From: Octopus sinensis
Lineage: Eukaryota
Assembly: GCF_006345805.1 (NCBI RefSeq)
Contig: NC_042999.1
Location: forward strand, 55,118,001 to 55,182,000
DNA length: 64,000 nucleotides
Direction: 5' to 3'
Shown: one piece after another, positions 42,631-56,427 of the stretch
Layout of the letters: each line of letters starts with the position of its first letter
Numbering within the stretch: the stretch's first letter is position 1
Made by a program: the position numbers and the translations under genes
The notes under the pieces: model-generated
What the model was told of the DNA's origin: nothing
Database searches by the model: none
What the model saw: the letters and a program-made list of their open reading frames with translations, nothing else

Positions 42631-43017
42631 TACTCTATTTACTCTTTTACTTGTTTCAGTCCTTTGACTGTGGCCATACTGGAGCACCGCCTTTAGTCGA
42701 GCAAATCGACCCCGGGACTTATTCTTTGTAAGCCCAGTACTTATTCTATCGGTCTCTTTTGCCGAACCGCTAAGTGACGGGGACGTAAACACACCAGCAT
42801 CGGTTGTTAAGCAATGCTAGGGAGACAAACACATATACACACATATATATATATATACATATATACCACAGGCTTCTTTCAGTTTCCGTCTACCAAATCC
42901 ACTCACAAGGCATTGGTCGGCCCGGGGCTATAGCCGAAGACACTTGCCCAAGATGCCACGCAGTGGGACTGAACCCGGAACCATGTGGTTGGTTAGCAAG
43001 CTACTTAACACACAGCC
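42631..43017 (-). mobile_element. SINE family A, young copy (reverse)
   Basis: Reverse complement of the 38692 copy with shared diagnostic variants. Confidence 0.92.
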
Positions 43018-43854
43018 AAATACACTTTGGTTTTTATTAATTTCGAAAGTAATACTCTTTTACTAGTTTCAGTTATTTAACTGCGGTCATGCTGGAGCAC
43101 CGCCTTTAGTTGAACAAATCGATCCTAGGACTTATTCTTAGTAAGCCTAATACTTATTCTATCGGTCTCTTTTGCCGAACCGCTAATTACGGGGACGTGA
43201 ACACACCGACATCGGAGACCTAGCGTTAGCACGCCGGGCGAAATGTTTAGCGTAATTTTACGTTCATTACATTCTGAGTTCAAATTCCGTTGAGGTCAGC
43301 TTTGCCTTTCATCCTTTCAGGGTCGATAAATTAAGAACCAGTTGCGTATTGGGGTCGATCTAATCGACTGGCCTTCCCCACCACCGAAATTTTACCTCTC
43401 CGTAACCTAGCGGTTCGGCAAAGAGACCGATAGAATAAGTGCTAGGCTTACAAAGAATAAGTCCTGGACTCGATTAATTCGACAAAAGGCAGTGCTCCAG
43501 CATGGTCGCAGTCAAATGGCTGAAACAAGTAAAAGAATAGAGAATATATGTATGCATCTTTTTACCCGTTTTAGTCATTAGATTGTGTCCATGCAGTTTA
43601 TTCTATCGACGTCTAGCGGAATCGCGCTGTTACAAGAACGCAAACAAAACAAAAACAGTTGTGAAAAAGTGCGAAACGGGGGACAAACGCAAACATATAT
43701 ACAATAGGCTTCCACACAGTTTTCGTCGACCAAATTCACTCGTAGGGCATTTGTGTACCGTATAGTGGGACTGAACACCAAACCACATGGTTACAAACTG
43801 AACTTCATGACCACACATACACATCTGTCTATGTATCTATCTAGCTGTCTGTCT

Positions 43855-44170
<316 letters not shown>

Positions 44171-44537
44171 CACATATATGTGTGCGTGCGTATGCAGCAT
44201 ACATTATGTGTGTGTGTGTGTGTGTGTAATGAGAGAGGCAAAGCTAGGCAATATCATCACTAAGAGATAAACCAAATTTCAAGGTCGTGACTCCTCTGTG
44301 ACCGGAACCAAACAGGGTGCACGGAGGATGGTAGTGATGAGGGGTAGCGGGAGAAGAAGAAGGAAGCCAGAGACAGACGGACTGACAGACAGACAGAGAG
44401 GTCGACATCGAGGATCTGCAGCAGATTGCCTCTACGTGCCATGTTTCGTTTTCAGTATGAGCGCATGTGTTTATGAGTGTATGTGTATGCGGTAGAAAAT
44501 ACCGTGTGTGTACTGTTATATTTGTGGAACTGACGCC

Positions 44538-44605
<68 letters not shown>

Positions 44606-44882
44606 ATCACGGGCGTGATATAAGAATAATGTGACAACAAAAGAATGAAAGAGACCTCGATATTATGTAAAATAGAGGAATTTATCTATAAATATAATAT
44701 GTGACAATTGGTCGGTTGCCACAATAAAACTCAGAGTTTCGGATGTCGGGGCGGAAGTACATGCGCGCATACGCGGATTCTTTGAGCGTGGGTTTACCTT
44801 TTCCGAGTATTTTTTTACTTTCTCCCTATTCGGGTAATGTCCCTTTATTTAACGGTCATTCTCATAGCTCTTTTGTTTGTCT

Positions 44883-44949
44883 TAATATCTGACGAGATGC
44901 CGGAGCAAGCAGACTTCTGCCCCGACATCCGAAACTCCGAGTTTTATTA
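44883..44949 (+). ncRNA. Type I hammerhead-like motif with long stem II
   Basis: UAAUAU-CUGACGA-GAUGCCGG...CCGACAUC-C-GAAA-CU(CCG)AG-UU-UUAUUA. Confidence 0.6.
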
Positions 44950-45363
44950 TGGTAACCGACTAATTGTCATATACATACATACATACATATATATATATAT
45001 ACATATATATATACACACACGCGCAAATACAGATGCAATGTAAATAATGTATAGTTAGGTACATAATCTGTATGTATATATGCAAGTATGTCCTGATATT
45101 TGTAGGTACGTGTGTATACATGCATACACACACACACACACGCGCACACACGTACAAATGCATTCATGCATACAGGGAGGCATGTATGTATACCTACATA
45201 CATGCACACATCCATCCAGCCATCTCCGAACGCAGTATAGGTGGTTCCGATAAGGTAGTTATCCGCCCCTGATTGGAATTCTCCCGTATGACATATACGC
45301 ATGCTCAATGACTTGCTTTTACTTCCGCGGACTAACGACTCGCAGGCTGAATGACCGGTTAAT

Positions 45364-46801
45364 ATGTCCCCGAAGAAATTGCGCAAATACTGTTGTATAT
45401 GCAGCAATTATAGAGGGAAGAATGTAAATGGCAAAGTTATTTTACTTCATAGATACCCTGCAAACGTCGCCATTCGTCGTATTTGGCTTCAGAGATCGAA
45501 ACTTGTGGAGAAAGACTTTGTTTACATTGCAAATAGTCAGATTTGCTCCCAGCATTTCGTCAATTCAAATGGACCATCGACATATCACTCATTGCCATCC
45601 GTTTTTCCAAACAAAGTATTTAAAATATTTGTAAGTGCATGATCATATACGCAGTTAGTAGATGAGTGAAATGTCTATGATTTATCTCCTCATTAATAGA
45701 TTAGAACATGTTAAAATTCAAGTGGTCTACCTTGGGCTAAACACATAAGTTTAAACTAACAAGTGTTGTGTTGATGTACAGGTATTTTTAATAAAGCATT
45801 TTACATTCAAAGAATAAATACGTTGAAATGTTCTGAATGAAAGGGAAATTCGAGTAAGCCTAGCTGTAATATTTTTCTTTATATATATTTTTTTGTTTGA
45901 TTAAACAATAAATTTACAGCATTGAATCTAATATTCCTCTAATTATTAATAGACATAATAGATTAATAGACTGTGACTGTCACTCCCTCTTCTACACCTC
46001 ATCATGCTTATGGCTAAATCAGTGAATGATTACTGAAAGTTATGCCCACGTAAAACCGTATTTAACTTATTTGCAGAATATACAAATGAATGAATGTGAA
46101 GATATTGAGACCAGGGAAGGCGAAGATATGAATGTCCCTGAACAGCTTGGTTGCTTCGTAAGTCCTTCTATGTCTATGTTGAACAATTCTTTAATGTTTC
46201 ATGATTACATGGCCTAGTGGTTAGAGCAGCGGACTCGCGGTCGAGAGGTCGCGGGTTCGAATCAGACTGGGCGATGTGTGTGTTTGTGAGCGAAACACCT
46301 AAGCTCCACGCGGCTCCAGCAGAAGGTAATGGCGAACTTCTGCTGACTCTTTCGCCACAACTTTCTCTCATTCTTACCTCCTGCATCTTGCAGCTCACCT
46401 GCGATTGACCGGCGTCCCATCCAGGTGGGGAACCTATACGCCAAAGAAACTGGGAAACCGGCCCTTATGAGCCAGGCATGGCTTGAGAAAGAACAAACAA
46501 CAACTGTAGTCCTGTTAATCCTGAATCAATCTCAGCTTTTACACACAAGTCAGTGCAAGCTATACAAGAAATTCGTACCAAGGAAATAGGAATACAACGT
46601 GATCTTGTCAATAAACCTATTTATACAAATAGCAGTACTCAGGCCTTGGAAAGTAAGATGGTGGATTGTGAAACACAGGCAACAGCATCTGTGCTTACAT
46701 ATGAAGATGTGAAAAATGATAAACAGAAGCTTCTATTTTACACGGGAATACCAGATTCCATGACGTTTGATTGTCTTTTTGATGAAATTAAAGATGATGC
46801 G
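45364..46801 (+). pseudogene. Spliced THAP zinc-finger transposase N-terminus: exon 45364-45630, exon 46077-46801 interrupted by SINE 46209-46504
   Basis: THAP: YCCICSN...LHRYP...W...ICSQHF...PSVF, then donor GTAAGT (phase 0). Acceptor tttgcag at 46076 (phase 0). Removing the SINE joins ...FHDY|CSPVNP... in frame through KLLFYTGIPDSMTFDCLFDEIKDDA. Confidence 0.8.
46209..46504 (+). mobile_element. tRNA-derived SINE with (CAA)n tail inserted in the THAP ORF
   Basis: A box GGCCTAGTGGTTAG and B box GGTTCGAATC. Related head and body at about 23430-23760 and 6222-6392. Confidence 0.85.
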
Positions 46802-47085
46802 GTAAGTGAAATGGCGTGGGCAGTCCGCTGAAGTATAATTGTCTGCATAGAGCGCCGCCTAGCCAAGGGAGATAATCTACTTACCGGAAAGACCTATAGC
46901 TGTGAAAACAACAGAAAGATTGGACATTTTACTGTTATAAGACGGAAGTTGTCAGCAGGTGGCTGTGTGTGTGTATGTTTGTAGCTCTCCTGTTAAACTA
47001 CCTTTGTCCAACCAGTCGCCATGATTGACCGCTAACTCCAAAAGTTTTTTTAAAATTTTTCTCTCTGTTTATTTCCTGGTGTTAA

Positions 47086-47120
47086 TTTCTGTTGAAGAGC
47101 GTAGGCTCGAAACGTAAAAG
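47086..47120 (+). ncRNA. Hammerhead-like motif with variant core CUGUUGA (family copies at 50364-50396 minus and 59570-59605 plus)
   Basis: UUU-CUGUUGA-A-GAGC(GUAG)GCUC-GAAA-CG-UA-AAAG. Confidence 0.5.
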
Positions 47121-47194
47121 ACTTTCTACCTTCCCGAGCGTCCAACTAACACACCTATACACCTGTCTTCGTCTTTTGTTTTTCTGTAAATTTC

Positions 47195-47285
<91 letters not shown>

Positions 47286-47800
47286 TACACACACACACAC
47301 AATGTATATTTAAGTATGATACACAAATTTGTGTGTGTGTGTTTATATGTACATATCGTTTTGCGCCGGCAGTCCTCCCTTGGCCGATAAATATACCGGC
47401 TGAAGCTACGCTTCGTTTTGGATGTTAAGTTTTATTTAAAAATTGATCGTTAACCTGAAGAATATTTATTAATCTTTAACGGAGGAAGATTGACAGTGAC
47501 TTTGAAGTTCCGGCTTGCTCACCTTTGTCACCCACACACATATCGTCATCATCATCATCATCATCATCATACTGTCTAAGTCCTAGGACATATAGCGTCA
47601 GTTACCCATTCCATGACACATCAGTGACTAGCCAGTCTTTTACAGGGTTACACATTTACAGCCGAGTGGACTGGAGCAAGTTTTTTGCTCAAGAACACAA
47701 TGCAGCGCTGGATCCAGGAATCGAAACCACGATCTTGCGAGCGACGCACTTAAGCACTGGGCCACGGATCTTCATACACGCTACACCGTCATCATCTCGC

Positions 47801-47849
<49 letters not shown>

Positions 47850-48519
47850 TATATGTCTGTGTGTTTGCTTTAAATTTCACATAAAACAAGCACTCAGTCA
47901 TATATACACACAGAAACAGAGACATACATACGTATACGTACATAGACGCACGTACAGACAGACAGACAGACACGCACGCAGACAGCAACAACATTAGCCT
48001 GTGATGACAGATGATGGAGATGAAGGCAAAGGTTTAAACAGTACGAGGACAGACACTCTCTTCATTTAACTAACACTAAGATCAAACATTGAGAGTTATG
48101 GAGGGTGGTGAGAAGAAGACAGTAGCTAATAGGTAGAGGCGACAGAGTTTTAGGAAGGCTTTTGCATCTGTTAACTGAGTGCAACAGACCCCTGTTAATA
48201 GTTGACAGCCATTTAAAGGAGACCAAGTTCTTGTGAGACGAAAAACTAATGTTACTTCGTGCTATGAACTCGGTCACCCTTACAAACACATTGTTTAAAA
48301 ACTCGACTATTTTTAACGTGTGTGTCCCATTAATCCTTTAACTACTTTGTAAATAAAACAGAAAAAGGGGTTAAGTTTTGTTGAAAGCTTATTCTCCACT
48401 ATTACTGTCAAACGCGGTTATTTCTCAAATGTTACAAACACTGTAACGATAGAAACTGAGAAGTTTGGATCGTTTGTTTCTTTGGCCAGGTTGTTAGACA
48501 TAAAAAACGAACAGAAATA

Positions 48520-49173
48520 CAGTGATAGCTCGCAGTACGAGTTTAACCCGTTCCATGACTGAACTCCTCTTACGATTTACTCGTTTTACAAATCAATTTT
48601 CTCCGTTGGAATTAACTAAAATATAATTAATCCGTTCCAGTCCCACCAAACCACTCAAAAATAATTTTGTATAGGTTTTAAAGCAGAAAAATGTAAAATG
48701 ACAATTATGTAAAATGACAAGTAAAATGGCAATTATAAAAAAGAATGGCACGTAAAAAGCACCATCCGAACGTGGCCGACGCTAGTACCAAACGTGATCG
48801 ATGCCCAAGCTCGCCTAACTGGCTCCTGTGCCGGTGGCACTTAAAAAGCACCCACTATATTCTCGGGGTGGTTGGCGTTAGGAAGGGCATCCAGCTGTAG
48901 AAACACCGCCAGATCAGATTGGAGCCTGGCTCTCCAGATCTCAGTCAAACCGTCCAACCCATGCCAGCATGGAAAACGGACGTTAACCGATGATGAGAAT
49001 GCAAAAGAAATATGTAAACTGGTTTTATTAACCGAATTATTTTAATGATGGGACGATTTGTGTGCTCGTACTGCGGATTTCCGCTCGTAATTCAAGACAA
49101 AATTTCGCACGAGTCTCGGCTCGTACAGCAAATTACTTGTACAATGGGGCACTCGTACTGCGAGGTTCTACTG
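48520..49173. mobile_element. pogo/Tigger-type MITE containing a nested SINE fragment (48746-48996)
   Basis: TA|CAGTGATAGCTCGCAGTACGAGT ... ACTCGTACTGCGAGGTTCTACTG|TA, giving about 23-bp TIRs with TA duplication. Confidence 0.85.
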
Positions 49174-49454
49174 TAATCACAACTGGACAATGAGAAATTT
49201 TTCATAAGGGACGCGTAATCTTTTGCCTTTTATTTGCTGCTGTCATTGGACTGCGGCCATGCTGGGGCCTTGGCGGATTTTACTTCAATGAATCGACCTC
49301 GGGACTTTTTTTCTTTTTAAGTCTGGTTCTTATTCTATCCGTCTCTCTGTTTTGCCGCACTGTTAAGTCACGGGGACGTAAGCAAACAAACACCGGTTGT
49401 CAAGCGATGGGGGTTACATAAACACGATGACACGCATATATATATATACACATG

Positions 49455-49480
<26 letters not shown>

Positions 49481-49485
<5 letters not shown>

Positions 49486-49720
49486 ATACTTCACTTTACG
49501 AGACCCTAGCTTTACGAGTTTCATTTTATAATAAATATAAAAATGTTAAACAACCATTTCGTGAGTGTGGCAACGTCGCAACATGTGGTTAACACTGGTC
49601 CTGACGCCCCTACACAGGGACGGAGTAAAATGACATCATGACATTTCCTTGTTACTATGAGAAATTATTGCTCTGCTTTACGAACATTCTGAAATTATCT
49701 CGTATACCGAGGCATCATTG
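49481..49720. mobile_element. Possible second Tigger-like MITE
   Basis: Degenerate TIRs GAGTAATACTTCACTTTACGAG / CTCGTATACCGAGGCATCATTG|TA. Confidence 0.4.
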
Positions 49721-50190
49721 TATATATATATATATATATATTTGTATTCTATTTTAAATTTTATTTGTTTCAGTCAATTGACTGCGACCATGCTGAAGCA
49801 CGGCCTTTAGTCGAACAAACCGCCCCCAGGAATTCTTCTTTGTAAGCCTAATACTTATTCTATCGGATTCTTTTGCCGAACCGTTAGGTTACAGGGACGT
49901 AAACACACCAGCATCGGTTGTCAAGCGATGTTGGAAGGGGGTGGACAAACACAGACGCACAAACATATACAAAAATATATATATATATATATACGACGGG
50001 CTTCTTTCAGTTTCCGCCTACCAAATCCACTCACAAGACTTTGGTCGGCCCGAGGATATAGTAGAAGACACTTTCCCAAGGTGTCACGCAGTGAGACTAA
50101 ACCCGGAACCATGTGGTTGGTAAGCAAGATACTTTCAGACGCCCGCCTTTGGACGCCTGCGTTTGCCCGCTTTCGCTTGCGTTAGACTAT

Positions 50191-50292
<102 letters not shown>

Positions 50293-50465
50293 AGTTGAAA
50301 TTTATAGAAAAGCAAAAGGCGAAGACAGGTGTATTTGACGCTCGGAAAAAATGAAAAAGTCATTTATCTTTCGAGCCTACGCTCTTCAACAGAAAGGAAT
50401 AAGAGAAAATAAACAGAGAGAGAATGAAAAAAAAAACCTAGTAGATTTCAGCGTTCCAGCATCGC

Positions 50466-50504
<39 letters not shown>

Positions 50505-51666
50505 CTACACACACACACAAACAGTGAGATTTCACGCCGTTTGCATCTACCAAATGCACTCACGAAGCACTGGTCGATCCAAGGCAATAGTAGAAAACAT
50601 TTGTCCAAGCTGCCGCACTGTAGGACTGAGCCCGAAACCATTTAGTTACGAAGCGGGCTTTTTAACCACACAACCATGTCTGCGCCAGGAAAACAATTTT
50701 AATGAAATTCAGTTTGGCTTTAAGTGTAGAGCAACTTGACGCGAGAGCAACTAATTTCTTACAAGTGAGCAATAACGACTACACAGTATTACCGACTCAG
50801 AATTTGGTACGGAACAAAGGTTAAAATGAACGACTGTTCGTACCATTTCTTATACTAAAAAAATTCACTGAACCAAAACCAAATAATGTTCACCATAATT
50901 CTTATTTATTTGCCCATTTATCTTTTTCTCCTTTTTTTTATCTCTCAATTATCCTCCTGTTGTTGTTTTGAACTAATCACAATCTAAGGTCTCTCGTCGT
51001 TTTAACGTCCGCTTTCCATGTGTTCGATGGTTTGACTGAGGACTGGGGAGCCAGGAGACTGTACCAGGCTCAATCTGATCTGGCAATGTTTCTACAGCTA
51101 GATGCCCTTTCTAACGCCAACCACTCCGAGAGTGTAGTGAGTGCTTTTATGTGCCACCGGCACGAGGGCCAGTCAGGCGGTTCTGGCAACGACCACGCTC
51201 AAAAGATCCTCCAATAAATTCACCTCACCATTTGTCACAAAAGGAAGTGATACACACCATACGTACACATAGACATATTTATTTTCGGCTTTTCTACGGA
51301 CTATCTATCCCTTCCTTTCCCCTCTTCTCTTGAAATTCCTTGTTTTTCCGACGAAGAGCCATACTCGAAACGTCATTTCAACTCCCATTTTCCCGTCTAA
51401 AACTTTCACTGAGCGTCAATCAAATATATATTCTCTGTGTGTACGTCTAATTCACTTTTGTTGCTTAAAGTTCTGGAGTGAATTTGTTCGGCTAAAACAA
51501 GCACTCAGTCATATACACTCATAGAAACATACATATATGGCGGTGCCCCAACATGGCAACAGCCCAATGGCTGAAACAAGTACAAGATTAAAAAATAATG
51601 GATGCACGAGAGAAAGAGAGAAATGAAAGAAGGAAAGAGAGAGAGAGAGAGAGAGGTTGTGCTTAC

Positions 51667-51830
51667 CGCATCGACTCCTTTAAAACTGCTTTCAAGTAAG
51701 GCATGTTAGTTAAGTGTGAACTTTGACACGGTTGACCCTGTAGCGTCCGGGAAATTTCCTCATGAAGTTTTTCTTGAACTTCAGGGTTGCTAGCCAAAAG
51801 GTAGATAGCAAATCCGAGAGAATTGGATGC
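51667..51830 (-). CDS. Mito-clan CYP exon with J/K helices (164 nt, phase 0 to 2)
   Basis: tctacag / GTAAGC. Translates ASNSLGFAIYLLASNPEVQEKLHEEISRTLQGQPCQSSHLTNMPYLKAVLKESM(R), with LAxNPxxQ, MPYLKA and ExxR. Confidence 0.96.
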
Positions 51831-52366
51831 CTGTAGAAGAGATGAGGACAGGATAAGATTAGAATTATTTAAGGTTAGTAAAGGGTGTTAGGGCAATAGA
51901 GTAAAAGGCGGAGTTTATTGTTACTGTTAACTACTTCCGGTTAGGTAACAATGGCGAACTTATTAAACATGGTAATGCAGTATCGTCCTCATGGTCGTCC
52001 TTTTAAAGTCCGCTTTTCCATGCTAGCATGGAACAAACGGAATTTGTGAGTCATATTGTATATGATCGGACACCCTTCCTGTCGACAATCCACGTCTGTT
52101 TCCAAGCAAGGTAATATTTCCCCATGACCTGGTAGTATGTTTTCCACAGAATACTGGAAATGAACGACGTCGCTTATATGATGGTGCTCCTCGTTTACAT
52201 CCATCACATGATGTCGAGACAAGGGCATAAACAGCCTCACATACATATTTGGTCATTGAAAACAAGTGAGGGTTGGTACAGCAAGAGCACCTATTAATGA
52301 AGACTATGACGATGAATACAAACAAATAATAATAATAATAATAATAAAAAGCAGACAGAATTTTAC

Positions 52367-52536
52367 CGTATCAAGACCTGCCAAGAACAGTTCAGCCATA
52401 TTGGAATAAATTTCTGCCATTGAAAATGAAGGATTGCTTAGAAGATAGTTGAGTAAAGCGGTTCCATTTTGGGGTGGATCAACTTGTGATCTATCTTTTG
52501 AATATCCCACCAATTGCTGATCAATAAATTCTTGAG
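52367..52536 (-). CDS. Mito-clan CYP exon with I-helix (170 nt, phase 1 to 0)
   Basis: tttaaag / GTAAAA. Translates (A)QEFIDQQLVGYSKDRSQVDPPQNGTALLNYLLSNPSFSMAEIYSNMAELFLAGLDT, with the AGxDT oxygen-activation motif. Confidence 0.95.
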
Positions 52537-52614
52537 CTTTAAATAGAAAGAAGAAAACAGAACATATACAGTGTGGTGGTAGCAATGGAGTTTGGTCAAA
52601 GAGGGAGAAAGAGG

Positions 52615-52659
<45 letters not shown>

Positions 52660-54624
52660 GAGAGAGAGTAAAGAAGGTTAAAAGGTGAAGTTGATCTTAA
52701 TTTCTCCCTTGGAGGAAGGGAGTAAATCAATTAAATCAGCCCCAGTTTCTGACTGGCATTTTACGTTATCAATTCCGAAAGGCTCAAAGTTAAGTTTGAC
52801 GCCATCGCGATTTGAACTCGGAACGTAAAGAGAGCCGGAAGAAAAACCATAAGGCCGTTTTTCCGACTCCCCAATGGTTCTATTAATCTGCTGCACTCGC
52901 ACACATTTGATTTAACCAAAAGAAAAGATGAAGAGGAGAAGAAATAGAGACAGTCTCTTCTTTCCTATACAATGAAAATACGAACACTTATTATATACGT
53001 TGTGGAGACCTTAGGACATAATAGGGACAATCGGGAAAGTAGCGCCAGAGGGAGGGAGAGAGAGAGAGAGAGACAGAGAGAGAGACTCCATCACGGGGAA
53101 GCCAAGTGAGGTACAGACCTTTAAGTTTTAACCAGCCCCTAAGTTTAACTAACTGGCGCCATCTATACAAGACGCATGTTTCAGGGTCCGTCTAGAGTAC
53201 GATAATTGCGATTCTATTTTGCTTCGACGGACATTTTTTCAAAAGACTCTTAATTGATACGAAAATATTTTCATTCCATCCTTTTCTATTATTTTAATCT
53301 TTTCTTTATCTTAATCCTCTTGTCTTGTCTTTTCTCTTCGTGTCCCTCCCCACCCCACCCTACCCCCTATCTGTTTGCTTTTATTTATTTCGTCCTGTCT
53401 TCCGCTCCTTATATCTTTGATGGGACGAACGAAATTGCCCAACGTATTTTGATATATAAACAACCAAACCGCTACCGACTCCCTCTCTCTGTATGCTCAT
53501 TCCCAACACACACACACACACCCGAATAGAGCTCAGTGGAGAAGCTGTTGCTACCAATCCAACATCCCGAAGGTAGAAAGAACGCAGCGTATAGCGAGGT
53601 CCAATCTATCCATAGGTGATGGTCATCAACAGATTTGCATATCCCATACGTATCGGAAGTGAGCTAGAGCGTTAAAACTTAGTTTTTCAAGTAATGAGGC
53701 GATCGGAAATTAACGAATATCCGATGTATACGATAGAATTCTTTTCTTTTTAATTAATTGGTCACATTCATAATTAGTTAGATCTGCCATGAAAAATGCA
53801 TACAAGACTGTGGTCATGCTGGGGCACCACCTTCAAGACTTCTTTTGGTTGAATGAATCAACCCCAATACTTATTTTTGTGAAGCCTGGTACTTATTCTA
53901 TCGGTCTCTTTTCCCGAACCACTAAGTTATAATGATGTAAACATGTCAATACTGGTTGTCAAGCAGTGGTGGGACACACACACACACAGACACACACACA
54001 GAGGCTTCTTTCAGGCTTTGATCGCCCTGAGGCTATAATAGAAGACACTTGTCCAAGGTGGGACTGAACATCAGCAAAAGCGTGACTTGTTCACGAATAG
54101 ATATAAAATGCCATTAAACTAACTCTTGTATCTCTCACTCTCACTCTCTCTCCACACACACACACACACACACACATTTGCCCTATGGTCATTTTAATAA
54201 AATATCCTCCTAACGAACCATTTTTGATATGCTTTCAACCGCCCCATGACCCCCATCCCCGGACAGAAGATACAAATAGCCACTATAGTGAAACGTGCGT
54301 TGTGAAACAAACACCAAAAAGTGCATTTTGCGTTTATCATACTTCTCTGAACCTCTCTTCTCCCTCTCTCACACACACACACATCTATATGACATTGTAC
54401 CGAAGGACAACAAAGTCCTTGGAACAAACAATTTACAAACCGTCCAAAGAATAAAAAAAAAAATGATTAAAATAAAACAAATATTCAGAACAGGATAAAA
54501 AAAAACAAACGAAAAGACAATGTAAAAAAAAAAACATATATAAAATCACAGCCAAATCACAACAGAAATAGTTGGACATTCCAAACTGACTTGACCTCGT
54601 CATGTGTAAATACTACATACACCA

Positions 54625-54690
<66 letters not shown>

Positions 54691-56027
54691 GTGTGTTGTG
54701 TTTGTGTGTTGTTGTATATATATATATATATATATATACATACAAACATATACATGTGTATGTGTCTATATATATATATATACTTATATATGTATATGCA
54801 CATATACACACATACATACATATATACTTACACAGGCATATATATATATATCGACGTACACATACATATATGTATGCTGCAGTGGTTTTGGCAGTCGTTG
54901 GCCGGTGTTTAGGTGAGTGGTGATGGGGTGGCTTTGATAACGTGTTGATGGTGGTTGTGGTGTGCTGTTTCAACAGGTTTCTCAGTACTGTTAGTAGTAG
55001 TAGTAGTATCAGTAGTAGTAGTAGTAGTAGTAGTAGTTAGACGTGTCGCCAATGCCCGCTAACCGTGGTGGTGAGCTGGTAAAAACACACACACACACAC
55101 AATCACTGACGTATCCTTTTGTTTGTTTGTTTGATTTCTTTTTTCTTTTTTTCACCTGGTGACCCTTGTACTCATCCAGACTTAGCAACGACGAGGGAAG
55201 TTGAGTGGACACAGGAAATGTGTGAATGGCGACGGGGTTTGGTGGATGGAAGGAGCAATGAGAAAGAGAGAAGAGGTGGAAGATGCTATGAATTGAACAA
55301 AATAACGCTATTTTTATTTGAACTAATCGCTCATATTAAAATGCACATACACGTGTATGTATACACCTCGTCGCTTTCTATCTCTCCGCGTACATACATA
55401 CATAGTTCAGGTTACATGCTCAGGTTTATACCGATAATTATTGGGGCCCTGAGATATGTAACACACTGCCTAAATACCAATCTTGAGAAATTAGGCTTCT
55501 CAAAACCAGAAAGGAGAAAGCTAATTCGAAAACTACAGATCTAATCCACCACTGGAACTGTAAAAATCTGTGAAGCTTTCCAGAAGTTTATCATTTGGGG
55601 GTCGATAAAATAAAATACCTTTCGAGCACCGGGGATTGATACAATCGACTAGCCCCCTCTCCCACCTCCCTACAAAAGATCTCAGGTCTTGTGAAGGGGT
55701 ATTTTACCGAATTCCTTTTAGTTACCGAAATGGCTTGCAATAGTTGCACACCGTGCAATAAATTAGCCGACAAGGGAGCAGTGGGTATGATCTGTGTAGA
55801 GCCAGTATCACTCTCTCGTCCGTCAAAATTGTGGGGTATTTATAACCATTTGCCAAGGGACCAATCCCATGCTCTCAACACCGAAGTCCCATTTTTCGTC
55901 AACCCTTGGCTTTTCAACCGCACACAGTCTCCAGTTTTTGAAACTTTACATGGTTTTCATTAAATTGGAAGTTTGATTCGTATGTAAAGTCAAAACTATG
56001 AATCGATATAAAACTGTTTTTTTTTCT

Positions 56028-56427
56028 TCTTATCTACTCTAGGCACAAGGCCCGAAATTTTGGGGCCCCGTCGATTAGATTGATCACCAGTACGCATCTA
56101 GTATTTAATTTATCGACTCCGAAAAGATAAAAGGCAAAGTCGACCGCGGCGGAATTTGAACTCAGAAAACAAAGAGAGACGAAATACCTATTTATATTTC
56201 TTTACTACCCACAAGGGGCTTAACACAGAGGGGACAAAGAAGGACAGACAAACGGATTAAGTCGATTATATCGCCCCCAGTACGTAACTGGTACTTAATT
56301 TATCGACCCCGAAAGGATGAAAGGCAAAGTCGACCTCGGCGGAATTTGAACTCACAACGTAACGGCAGACGAAATACGGCTACGCATCTCGCCCAGCGTG
56401 CTAACGCTTCTGCCAGCTCGCCGCCTT
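56028..56427 (-). mobile_element. SINE family B dimeric copy (reverse); other copies at about 7600-7792, 25410-25915, 39825-40120, 43220-43395, 52700-52900 and 56530-56710
   Basis: Reverse complement of the 3705-4105 structure. Confidence 0.88.

Larger units (their letters stand above)
45239..46895 (+). mobile_element. Internally deleted THAP-encoding DNA transposon, PIF/Harbinger group (ISL2EU-like)
   Basis: Imperfect about 30-bp TIRs (AGGTGGTTCCGATAAGGTAGTTATC... / ...GATAATCTACTTACCGGAAAGACCT) with a 2-bp duplication (AT, or TA if the ends shift by 1). Encodes a THAP domain and the FYTG(I/L)P..F..LF motif that precedes Harbinger-type HTH/DDE domains. No DDE domain present. Confidence 0.75.

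Noticed and set aside
51930-51978. ACTTCCGG...ATGGCGAAC...ATG|GTAATG, a possible first exon of a nested antisense gene
   Set aside because: Short motifs expected by chance, and no downstream plus-strand exons could be identified.
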